64,000 bases of DNA, from positions 96,001 to 160,000 of the forward strand of contig JBOEGD010000001.1 in assembly GCA_050633245.1 (NCBI GenBank), given 5' to 3'. Numbering within the stretch: position 1 is the first letter of the stretch; each line of letters starts with the position of its first letter. The translations under genes and the position numbers were made by a program. Positions 27,235 to 35,446 of the stretch are shown piece by piece. The notes under the pieces were generated by a model. It saw only the letters and a program-made list of their open reading frames with translations. It had not been told where the DNA came from and made no database searches. The stretch comes from Calditrichia bacterium (GTDB lineage Bacteria; Calditrichota; Calditrichia; RBG-13-44-9; J075).

Positions 27235-28957
27235 CTTTTTGTTCGAGCCACTGCTCAACGGTGGATAACTGTGATGCGACTCCGTAAAGATTAATGCTGC
27301 GATCGTCGAATTGAGTTGTAAAGTAAGCCATCGAGGGTAGCGAGAACATCCAGCTTCCCAGAGCAAGATCCTGATCTAATTCATCGAGGAAAACAGCATA
27401 CTGCTGCTTGTCACCAATTTGATTGGTGTACATGAACCCATACATATATTCCAAGAATTTGCTGATATCTGCCTGGTCCGGGCCGGCTTTGGTCGCATCG
27501 AGTCGACAAAAATTGCTGCCATTAAACGATTTGCTGCTTGCGACCAGCTCGCCATTGCGGTTTTCGGTAACCAGGTTAATCTTAAATGTTTCCAAGTCCG
27601 GCTCGCGTAGAAAAATGCTGTAGAGATCGAAGAGAAACGTGCTGCGATATCCGTCGATGGCGACCAGAACAGCATCATAGTTTCCGCTCTTAATGACATC
27701 ATTTTGAACGGCAGATGCGCTAATTCGACCGCTGAATAGTGTTGGGTCGTTCATAATCTCGACTAATTCGCTTAGTTCTTCACGATGTCCATTGTTTATG
27801 GACGTCACAATGCGCAGGCTATCTGGAAGGATGGCCAAATTCGCCGCCTCGCGGCCTCGCAATGGCAGAACGACTTCTTCGTCCACATAATAGCTGGAAG
27901 AAGGAAAAATGCTGTAATTCAGATAATCGGCATAGTTATCAAAGTTGCCCTTATAGTCGTTGATATGTTTTTGCTGTTCGGTATTCACTTTGTAAAAGCG
28001 ATTGATCAGCTTGCGATTATCGAGAAGGCGTCGAGCTTCTTTGCGCTGATCGCGATTCAGGCGTTCGGTATTAAACAGAACGGCAAAAAAGGTTGTGCTG
28101 ATATTCGATTTATAAAAATAGTCTTCCGGATCTTCCAGAATTGGCGATTTGGCACCAAATGGCGTATCGAGAAGCACATTAAAGCTATTATTGCTAAGCT
28201 CGGTTGTGAATGTGCTGTTGTCAATAAACGGCTGTAGAACAACGCGAGGTATAGCTGCCGTTCCAGCAGGGTTTTGAACATAGCTGTTGACGTTGTCTTG
28301 TGCTTTGGCAGCCAAATAAGGGCCGCTTCCAATGGTATAAGTAGACTGAGTCAACTTTTCGGTTGCCGGAAGAATCTTAAACGAAAAGATATTCTTGATA
28401 TCTGTTTCCGTCCAGATACGATCCCCCTTTAAACGAAAACGAATCTCGTTATTATTGTCCGGGCCTTCAAAATCAAAACTTTCAACAGCCTGTGAGACCA
28501 GAATGTAGTCCGGGGAAAGGCTGCCAAGCCGCTGAATACGTTGTAGCGTAAAGCGTAGATCCTCAGCTGCGAATAACTTCGGGGCTGCTTCCTGAACCGA
28601 AATCTCATCATCTTCTTGTGTCAACGTATAGCTGCTGTGCCACTTCTTACGTGTATTCAGTCGGATAGTAACAATATTGTCTTCCGAGATATCGATCAGC
28701 TCACCCATTCCGTCTTCATAAACCACACCGCTGGAGTTGGCTGAAATATTGAACAACCCATCGAACAATACTTCGTCCAGCTTGTCTGATAGCGGAACGG
28801 CATGTGGCAGATGGGGGTCGATGACTGGTTTCTGGTGCGAAATATAAGGAATAACAATCTGCCCCCTTAAATCAGTTCGCAGGAAATACCATAGTCCTGC
28901 GGCTACCAATAAGGCGATTACTATCCCGATAATTATGTTGCGCTGAGTAGGAGTCAT
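27227..28957 (-). CDS. Membrane-anchored ABC substrate-binding-like protein (family 5-like, divergent)
   Basis: N-terminal TM anchor; 'VLFDGLF', 'FAAEDLRFTLQR', 'IGSGPY', 'VLFNTER' typical of SBP_bac_5. Confidence 0.7.
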   Translation of the reverse strand: MTPTQRNIIIGIVIALLVAAGLWYFLRTDLRGQIVIPYISHQKPVIDPHLPHAVPLSDKLDEVLFDGLFNISANSSGVVYEDGMGELIDISEDNIVTIRLNTRKKWHSSYTLTQEDDEISVQEAAPKLFAAEDLRFTLQRIQRLGSLSPDYILVSQAVESFDFEGPDNNNEIRFRLKGDRIWTETDIKNIFSFKILPATEKLTQSTYTIGSGPYLAAKAQDNVNSYVQNPAGTAAIPRVVLQPFIDNSTFTTELSNNSFNVLLDTPFGAKSPILEDPEDYFYKSNISTTFFAVLFNTERLNRDQRKEARRLLDNRKLINRFYKVNTEQQKHINDYKGNFDNYADYLNYSIFPSSSYYVDEEVVLPLRGREAANLAILPDSLRIVTSINNGHREELSELVEIMNDPTLFSGRISASAVQNDVIKSGNYDAVLVAIDGYRSTFLFDLYSIFLREPDLETFKINLVTENRNGELVASSKSFNGSNFCRLDATKAGPDQADISKFLEYMYGFMYTNQIGDKQQYAVFLDELDQDLALGSWMFSLPSMAYFTTQFDDRSINLYGVASQLSTVEQWLEQKDE

Positions 28958-29024
28958 AAAAACAATCCTTTACTTAACAAGTCTGAGTTCCGGTAATAAA
29001 TACAATTGCATGTGCAGACAGTAT

Positions 29025-31376
29025 TTAGTTTTTACGGATAATTGTGCGTTGAGCCATTACGCTTACTTCCAGAACCTTATAGGCGCTGTGTGTAAAGCGA
29101 ACTTCCAAAATATTTTGCCCCTCTTTATTTACCTGAAGCGGCGTTATCTGGCATTCATAGTCATTTGCTTTGGTAGGAGCGGTAATAGAGAATCGACCTT
29201 CGTTTTTTACCGGCTCTTTATTCAGGGTGATGGATTTATACCACTGCACCGTTTCTGCAGATTTTGCCAGCTCTCGGGGTAACTTCATATTAACGTCGAA
29301 TACCGGGAACTTTGCATCCGATGGAATCTGAATGTTTATCCGAAACATATATTCGTTGGTGGCAGACTGCTTGTCGTTTACCGGCACCACGTAAAGTTTA
29401 CGATAGCTTTTTGGCTTGCCCAGATACTTCGGCGTAAAGGGGGCACATTCGGCAATCAGGTTTAGAATCTTGCGCTCGTTCCCTTTGTAGTTTTTGCCGT
29501 GTTCAACTACTGCACGCGCCCGTAAAACTCCATTGTCCTTAATGTTGGAAGTGAAGTCGCGGTAGAGCGTTTCAATAGCACTCTTGGGAAATTGCTGGAG
29601 CTTAAAACTTTCTAAAGCCTTCCGCAGCGTCTCATTATTTTGCGCCAATACGTTATTGCCACCAGCCGAGTAGGTCATTTCATACACCGGTTTAAACGCA
29701 TCGCTCTCGTATAGTGCGGCTACATTTGTATAGGTAGACAGATTGTCGTTTATGAAATTTCGCGCATTTTCCTTTGAGGCGGCAGCAATTCCCTGAACAA
29801 GTTTCTCTTCATAGTTTTTGAGCAAACGCGTTTTCTCTGGCAACACCTTGTCATAGTTAATAAAGTCTGTATCGTTGCTCAGCGCCCGCAGTTTATCTTC
29901 CATGCCTGCCCAGTTGCCTGCATTTAGCATTTCCTGAATGACGCCTTCCTGTCGATTCAGCGAGAGTCTGTCCAGATCGGGATATTGATTCGCCAGAAAG
30001 CTGAGATCGCGATTGCTCTTCAATAGCTGGATAATTGACTGAAAATCATTGTTGTTGCGAGAGCGGTTAATACTGCTGACGATCTGGCTTGCGCGGTTCA
30101 TGTCGTTACGCAGGCGCTGAATACGATCGGCTGCCAAAGTTGCCTGGCTATTCATATTGCGTGCAGCGGCATAAGAACCGTAGCTACCATAAGATTCTTT
30201 ACGCGGCATCTTTAACCGATCGAGCCGACGCATTAAGCTGGGATAAAACGAATCGTCCGGCCATTGTTGTTCGCGTCGCAGCTCTGCATCGACTGCTGCT
30301 AGTTCGGTTTCAGCTGTTTTAATTGCTTCACTATTTGCATTAAAGCTCTCGATAAAGCGGATCATATTGTTGAAGCTGGCGTCAGGTGTACGTCCCGTTG
30401 CGCGATAAAGCCCTTTGGCATCTTCAATTGGAAAAGGAATTGGCGTGGTGTCCTGCTTTTTGCGTAGATTTTTGTCATATCCCTGTCCAAGCGTTGCAAG
30501 ACGTTCACTGATTGCTTTCTGAGCTTCAGCAACAACATTGGATGGATATTGTGAGGAGTTCTCAAAAAACTGCTTCAGTCCGGGAATAGATTCAACGAAA
30601 CCATTCACATCATTTCCAGCAGATTCTGTTTGCTGAAAGAGCTGTAGTACCGTGCGATACTGCGCTTGGAATGCCAGCTCGTCTTCAATGTTGCGCTTTA
30701 GTCTGAGGTAATTGATATAGTTCTTATCATTATTTGCCTGCATCGATTGCGGAATGAGGTTCTCAATATCCTGTAGAGCGCCTTGTGCACCCTGCAGACG
30801 ATTCGTTTTGGCGCTGACGTCACGCAGTTCACCTTCGGTATCGAGTTCACTGGAGCTGATGGCAGTTCCGAGTGATTCAAAAACCTGACGATCGACGCGG
30901 CTTTCGTCGAGAGTGCTAGTCAGTGTTTCCTGGCCGGTTTCGCTTTTATAGCGCCATACCGGAACGTAGCGATATTCTGTGTTTAACTTGGTATCTGTTG
31001 TTACATTGTCAACAATCCAGAAGTAGGTTGGTACTGTATTGTCCAGCGAATATACACCCAGTCCGTCATTCTCTGAACTTGCATCGGTCATGCGGATCAT
31101 AGACTTGTCTTTATCCAACTGTCGTGTCAGATAAAAGTCTACGTTGTTATCTTCCGGCACCTTAACAACAAGATAGTAGTTATCCCTTTGAATCGCGGGA
31201 AACTTAACGTGGTAGCTTTTTTCTTTTTTAACTTCGAACTTTTCATCTTTTTTCGCCAACGGTAAATAATCCGCTTCCACAGCGACAACTTCCGGTTTGG
31301 GCTTGAGTTCCTTATACGGTCCACAGCTGAAGGCGATAGCGAATAGCAGTAGACATAGGGTTGATCTCAGCATCAT
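29025..31376 (-). CDS. Large hypothetical lipoprotein
   Basis: Lipobox 'AFSC' after hydrophobic stretch; AAGGA RBS before ATG 31376; beta-rich ends with helical middle. Confidence 0.78.
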   Translation of the reverse strand: MMLRSTLCLLLFAIAFSCGPYKELKPKPEVVAVEADYLPLAKKDEKFEVKKEKSYHVKFPAIQRDNYYLVVKVPEDNNVDFYLTRQLDKDKSMIRMTDASSENDGLGVYSLDNTVPTYFWIVDNVTTDTKLNTEYRYVPVWRYKSETGQETLTSTLDESRVDRQVFESLGTAISSSELDTEGELRDVSAKTNRLQGAQGALQDIENLIPQSMQANNDKNYINYLRLKRNIEDELAFQAQYRTVLQLFQQTESAGNDVNGFVESIPGLKQFFENSSQYPSNVVAEAQKAISERLATLGQGYDKNLRKKQDTTPIPFPIEDAKGLYRATGRTPDASFNNMIRFIESFNANSEAIKTAETELAAVDAELRREQQWPDDSFYPSLMRRLDRLKMPRKESYGSYGSYAAARNMNSQATLAADRIQRLRNDMNRASQIVSSINRSRNNNDFQSIIQLLKSNRDLSFLANQYPDLDRLSLNRQEGVIQEMLNAGNWAGMEDKLRALSNDTDFINYDKVLPEKTRLLKNYEEKLVQGIAAASKENARNFINDNLSTYTNVAALYESDAFKPVYEMTYSAGGNNVLAQNNETLRKALESFKLQQFPKSAIETLYRDFTSNIKDNGVLRARAVVEHGKNYKGNERKILNLIAECAPFTPKYLGKPKSYRKLYVVPVNDKQSATNEYMFRINIQIPSDAKFPVFDVNMKLPRELAKSAETVQWYKSITLNKEPVKNEGRFSITAPTKANDYECQITPLQVNKEGQNILEVRFTHSAYKVLEVSVMAQRTIIRKN

Positions 31377-31849
31377 ATACATTCCTTTAAATTTGTGAAA
31401 GTCGTTTTTATACATGCAAAAAATAAGCCTAAATCTTGCGATTGCTGCTTTTAGGCGTAATTTCTTTGGATGTTTTTGCAGTGTTCGCGGGGCGGGCGTT
31501 CTATTATTGAACGCCTGCCGGGCAAATCGTTCCCATGATTTAATTAGATTGATAATTATTTCACAGAAAGCCTGTTAAACTTTGGCGAGCTAACTAGCAA
31601 TATCATCATAGTGTTGTATACTCTTCGAATGCGAAAAAGATACAAATGTTAAGATGGTAACACAAGCGGCGTTTTGTGCATTTATAGCTATCTGATTCTT
31701 CTGTTAAAGTTTTTTCTGTTTGAAGCCGACTCTCAATAAGTGTCAAAATAAACCTCATCGTATGATTCCTTCAGGCGATTCAGACTGTGCCAGGATTGCA
31801 CATAAAAGCTGTATGCCGACCAACAGGAAATTGTTGAAAGGAGACCGCC

Positions 31850-32122
31850 ATCGGTACCTACAATGTACTTAGTGATTATATCGGAAACGCCATGAAGCTG
31901 GCAGAAGTTTTACGGCTTGATGATGATACCTACTGTGGACGCATTCTGGAATGCCAGGGTGTTATTGCATTTGGAACTTCCAGCGAATTATGTCTGGAAA
32001 ACTTACAGGCTTCGCTGGAAGGCTGGGTTCTGTTGCGTTTGAAAATTGGACAAATCTTACCGCAAGTTCGTGGTGTCAATCTAAATCAGGAGCCGATCTA
32101 TGAATACGACTATAGCATGTAA
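31850..32122 (+). CDS. hicB: HicB-family antitoxin (probable non-AUG ATC start at 31850; first ATG 31892)
   Basis: 'VLSDYIGNAMKLAEVLRLDDDTYCGRILECQGVIAFG...LEGWVLLRLKIGQILP' HicB_lk pattern; AAGGAG 6 nt before ATC. Confidence 0.8.
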   Translation: MGTYNVLSDYIGNAMKLAEVLRLDDDTYCGRILECQGVIAFGTSSELCLENLQASLEGWVLLRLKIGQILPQVRGVNLNQEPIYEYDYSM

Positions 32123-32315
32123 CCACGACGAATTATTGACAAAGCTGGCTGAGCTGAATTTTCATGGACCGGTAAAGATTGCCGGGCAGGAATTTATGAT
32201 TTATCATGGGCAGGCATTAGCGATTCCTGCACAAAATGAGTTTACTCTTCACCAGTTTCGCATGATTCTTCGCGAGGTCGATGGACTGATTAGTAAGGAA
32301 GAATGGCAGAATTAG
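32100..32315 (+). CDS. hicA: HicA-family toxin-like protein lacking the catalytic His
   Basis: Overlaps hicB; AGGAG RBS; 'KLAELNFHGP...FMIY...LAIP...FRMILREV...ISKEEW' HicA-like dsRBD pattern. Confidence 0.7.
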   Translation: MNTTIACNHDELLTKLAELNFHGPVKIAGQEFMIYHGQALAIPAQNEFTLHQFRMILREVDGLISKEEWQN

Positions 32316-32577
32316 GCACTTTGCCTGCTGAATTGGTCATAATACGCGCGATTTTGTGACAAAAAGCAATAAACTGAGAATTTGAAAAATAAACCCTTTA
32401 GGAATTCACATACCAGCCGTTAATGCACTTAAAGAAAACAACCTAATTTTTATTAAACGTATTACAGAACGCCGGAATTGTCAACAATCAAGCGATTATT
32501 GAACGACTTTCTGGATCGAGTTTCTTACTGCATTTCTAAGGACGATGACTCTGGCCGTTAGTAAAGGGGACTATGCT

Positions 32578-33051
32578 ATGGAACAGGTGTATCCAACTAT
32601 TGGAAGTATTTCACGTCAAATGCTAAGCAATTTTACCGTGCGTGAACGAGGCGACGGTGAGCGCTTTTGGGATTTACGTGAAGACATCGATTGGCAGCAC
32701 AGTATTGTGATGGATGCATACGGAAGACGAATGTTATCGCCTGAAGCATACGCTACCGTCGTAAAGCTGCTGGTGGAAATTTATGTTGCCGGTAATTCCG
32801 AAGAAGCCCGGGAGTTCTTAAATGATATTGAGCCGTATCGCGAAATAGAAGAATTAACCGGCTGGCTTCATGCCTCAGATTCCAATATTGACTATCTAAC
32901 GCGCGTTTTGCAACATCGCACGTATGCCGATGCTGAAGAGGCTTTAGCCGAGGCTCATAAATTGTTTCTTCAGGAGGTTGGAAAAAGCCTGATCGCATCA
33001 ATTGAGGAACACGTGAATGAGCTCTGTCTTTCTACAACGTCAGTAAACTGA
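32578..33051 (+). CDS. Hypothetical acidic protein
   Basis: AAGGGGA RBS before ATG 32578; 157 aa, helical-looking, D/E about twice K/R by hand count. Confidence 0.75.
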   Translation: MEQVYPTIGSISRQMLSNFTVRERGDGERFWDLREDIDWQHSIVMDAYGRRMLSPEAYATVVKLLVEIYVAGNSEEAREFLNDIEPYREIEELTGWLHASDSNIDYLTRVLQHRTYADAEEALAEAHKLFLQEVGKSLIASIEEHVNELCLSTTSVN

Positions 33052-33076
33052 TCTAAACACAAAATATCATTTGGTT

Positions 33077-33225
33077 TCGAGCCGTTATAGACCGCCCCTG
33101 TGGTCTGGCCCCTGCGGAGAGGGAGGCTTCCTGCACGTCTACGCTTACGGAAAATGAATGAGCTTCCATGTCTTATTGAACGCCTACGGAAACGCAACAT
33201 GTGAAGCAGCAGGTTACGGCCTCGA
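33077..33225. ncRNA. Candidate structured non-coding RNA (multi-stem junction)
   Basis: Closing stem 33077-85/33216-25 plus four internal helices found by eye; strand unknown. Confidence 0.4.
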
Positions 33226-33253
33226 TTTGCAATTTGATAGTTTGATATATATA

Positions 33254-33283
33254 AGCAACGTCCCGCCTAGGCGGGACGTTGCT
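33254..33283. repeat. Perfect 30-bp palindrome (terminator-like)
   Basis: agcaacgtcccgcctaggcgggacgttgct equals its own reverse complement. Confidence 0.8.
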
Positions 33284-33502
33284 ATATGAGGGATTGATGT
33301 GTGTGCATTAATGTAGACATGTCACATCTTAAAAAGTCACATTCTGTTCATCGTTCACCGTTCACCGTTTTTACTCGTATTAAAGTTTTGACCTTCCCGT
33401 GATAAATCCACAACATTTATTGTTTATCCTTCTTTCGAAGACTATGTGAACACTTTGAAACTAAAACGTTCAGGTCCATACCCCTGATGAATTAGATGAT
33501 TT

Positions 33503-33626
33503 CTGATCGGAACCGTCGATCTCGACTTTACAGTGAACCCCCAAGCAGAAGGTAGTGTCAGATCGCTTTCTGTCCCCTAAAAGCCTCTAAAATCCCCCCT
33601 TAGAGGTCGACGGTTTTTTCGATCGG
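33503..33626. repeat. Long interrupted inverted repeat enclosing internal hairpins (REP/MITE-like or RNA)
   Basis: aaccgtcgatctc (33511-23) pairs with gaggtcgacggtt (33603-15); ctgatcg/cgatcgg outer arm. Confidence 0.55.
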
Positions 33627-33643
33627 ATTGAGTGGAAACCTGC

Positions 33644-34192
33644 CTACTTATTTCTCAAGAATAAACTGATTCCAATTTGCAAACGATGTTCAGTGAAGTT
33701 TTGGATGGGGTCATCCAGAATACGCTGTAGATGATACTCTGCGAAAAACGCTGCTTTGTTGCCAACTAAGACGTGCAGGCCTGGCATAAGACCCATTGAA
33801 TAGCGGCTTAACCAGAAGCTGCCGAGCTTTTCCTGACGAAGCCCGCCGGTTGCAGTTAGGCGAAGGTAGATTGGTGAATCGGGAAGGTCTTTGTATGCGC
33901 CAAGAAGCAATCTATTATCGAAGCGTGTAAATGATCGGGTATTGCTTATGGCGCTCTCCAGTCCGAAGCTTAAAAGCTGCGGCCCGGCAGAAAAGAAATA
34001 GTTGCTGCGAACCCCGAACGATAAATCGCGATTTCCGCTGGTATAAGTGAAGGAACCTTGTGCTGCAAGTTCAATTGATCCGGCATGAATGTGCGGAGTA
34101 TTTGAGTGCTGCGCAATTGTGAAAGTACTTAGCAATACTGTAAGCGCGAGGACGAAGCGAATCTTGCTGTTTCTGGAGGTTCTTTGCATCAT
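33644..34192 (-). CDS. Outer-membrane beta-barrel-like protein
   Basis: Start MMQRT overlaps the GH113 stop (ATGA); signal peptide; alternating amphipathic strands ending 'LQIGISLFL'. Confidence 0.7.
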   Translation of the reverse strand: MMQRTSRNSKIRFVLALTVLLSTFTIAQHSNTPHIHAGSIELAAQGSFTYTSGNRDLSFGVRSNYFFSAGPQLLSFGLESAISNTRSFTRFDNRLLLGAYKDLPDSPIYLRLTATGGLRQEKLGSFWLSRYSMGLMPGLHVLVGNKAAFFAEYHLQRILDDPIQNFTEHRLQIGISLFLRNK

Positions 34193-35307
34193 TGCGTAGT
34201 CCATGCTTCCTGCAGGACAGTATGTGCCGGTTTGCCGATAGGCGTATAGTCGAGGTCTCCATTGCCACCGCCACCGGCAGCAAGCCAATTCCACCAGATA
34301 ATGCCTTCGATCGCATCACTGCTGTTGACGCTTTCCAGCGCCGCCCAGTAAAGATCTTCCTGTTCTGCAGGGTCGTACGGGCCTCTGGTTGTAAAGTCTT
34401 GTGGACGCATGCCGGCGCCATCTATGCTGCGGTAGCCAATTTCGGTAAGGATAAGCGGCTTGCCGGTATCAGAGCGAAAGCGCTCCAGCCAAGACAGCCA
34501 GTGCTGCCATTCGGCAAGCAGTTCGAAGCGGGTTGCTTCGCTGCGTGGAGATATAGGAGCATAAAAATTGACACCGGTATAGTCCAGTTTGTTCCAGAAT
34601 GGCACCTGTCCGGCGGCATCCCAGGTTGCTGCGTAAGTTATTTCCCCACTAAAGCGTTGTCTGACTTCAGCAATTAACGCGCGCCATTCATCTTCCATAT
34701 AAAGCATGCTGCTGAGTTCATTCCCGATGATCAGCATGTCGGCATTTGCGGTTTCCGCGGCATCGGCCAGCAGCATTACGAAATTGTGGTAGGATGTCAT
34801 CCAGGCCTTTGGGTCAGCAGGGCTAATCGTTGCGCTCCAGTCGCCGTTGTTTAGATTGACATGTGCCTTAAGAATGGTTTGCAGTCCGCGCGTTTTGGCC
34901 ACCGTCAGCAAGTTGCGCAGGGAAGCCATTGTTGGCGTGCGCGTATCTATTAGCACTTCACTCGAGCTATTTGCTGTCATATAAGATGTGCAGATCAAGG
35001 TTAGATGGGTCGCGCCGGAAGCTGAAATGGTATTCAGCTGGGCGGTCGCGCTGCTTTGCGAATATCCGGTAGAAGACCAAGTAACAAGCGTTATACCTCG
35101 GACATTCAGATTATCCTCGACAGGTTCGGAGCTTCCGGGAATGTCTGTGCAAGAAGACAGAATAAGAATCACAGAACACAGAACACAGAACACTGAACGG
35201 GCAACGGTGAACGGGCAACGGTGTGTAAACGCAGATAATGAGCTCAATTTTATGTTTGAAGATATACGATTCTTGTCTGCGGCGTTTTGGCGTTTCAGAT
35301 TTGTCAT
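34189..35307 (-). CDS. Glycoside hydrolase family 113-like lipoprotein (clan GH-A)
   Basis: Lipobox LSSC; 'IGNEL' acid/base, 'ITYAATW', 'VNFYAP', 'LTEIGYRS' nucleophile, 'WWNW'. Confidence 0.8.
   Translation of the reverse strand: MTNLKRQNAADKNRISSNIKLSSLSAFTHRCPFTVARSVFCVLCSVILILSSCTDIPGSSEPVEDNLNVRGITLVTWSSTGYSQSSATAQLNTISASGATHLTLICTSYMTANSSSEVLIDTRTPTMASLRNLLTVAKTRGLQTILKAHVNLNNGDWSATISPADPKAWMTSYHNFVMLLADAAETANADMLIIGNELSSMLYMEDEWRALIAEVRQRFSGEITYAATWDAAGQVPFWNKLDYTGVNFYAPISPRSEATRFELLAEWQHWLSWLERFRSDTGKPLILTEIGYRSIDGAGMRPQDFTTRGPYDPAEQEDLYWAALESVNSSDAIEGIIWWNWLAAGGGGNGDLDYTPIGKPAHTVLQEAWTTQ
35170..35218. repeat. Heptamer tandem repeats within the GH113 signal region
   Basis: cacagaa x3, cactgaa, cgggcaa, cggtgaa, cgggcaa. 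Confidence 0.8.
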
Positions 35308-35446
35308 AGTATTCGAAAGCTTTCTGAATAGATGGGGCTGATATTATAGATAGTATTGTAACATTCTTTTTCAGTAAAATGTTCACAAAATGCTAATATA
35401 TTATAAATAAAAAGACAAATACTCGACTACCTGGGGGAGAATCGTA

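Noticed and set aside
32313-32329. Sigma54 promoter (GG-N10-GC)
   Set aside because: Spacing fits but the match to TGGCAC/TTGC is partial and it lies about 250 bp from the next gene
32970-33200. 76-aa Arg-rich minus-strand ORF
   Set aside because: No RBS, overlaps a real gene antisense, and its composition reflects the GC-rich structured segment
33077-33225. SRP RNA, 6S RNA, group II intron domain V or retron msr-msd
   Set aside because: Only fragments match (GAAGCAGC, GAGCCG); the SRP helix-8 motif, the 6S long rod and domain V geometry are absent, and no reverse transcriptase is nearby
33471-33642. Hammerhead ribozyme (CAGGUC...CUGAUGA...GAAACCUG)
   Set aside because: Core words and a stem III are present, but the 7 nt between GUC and CUGAUGA cannot form stem I and stem II lacks its closing pair; probably coincidence
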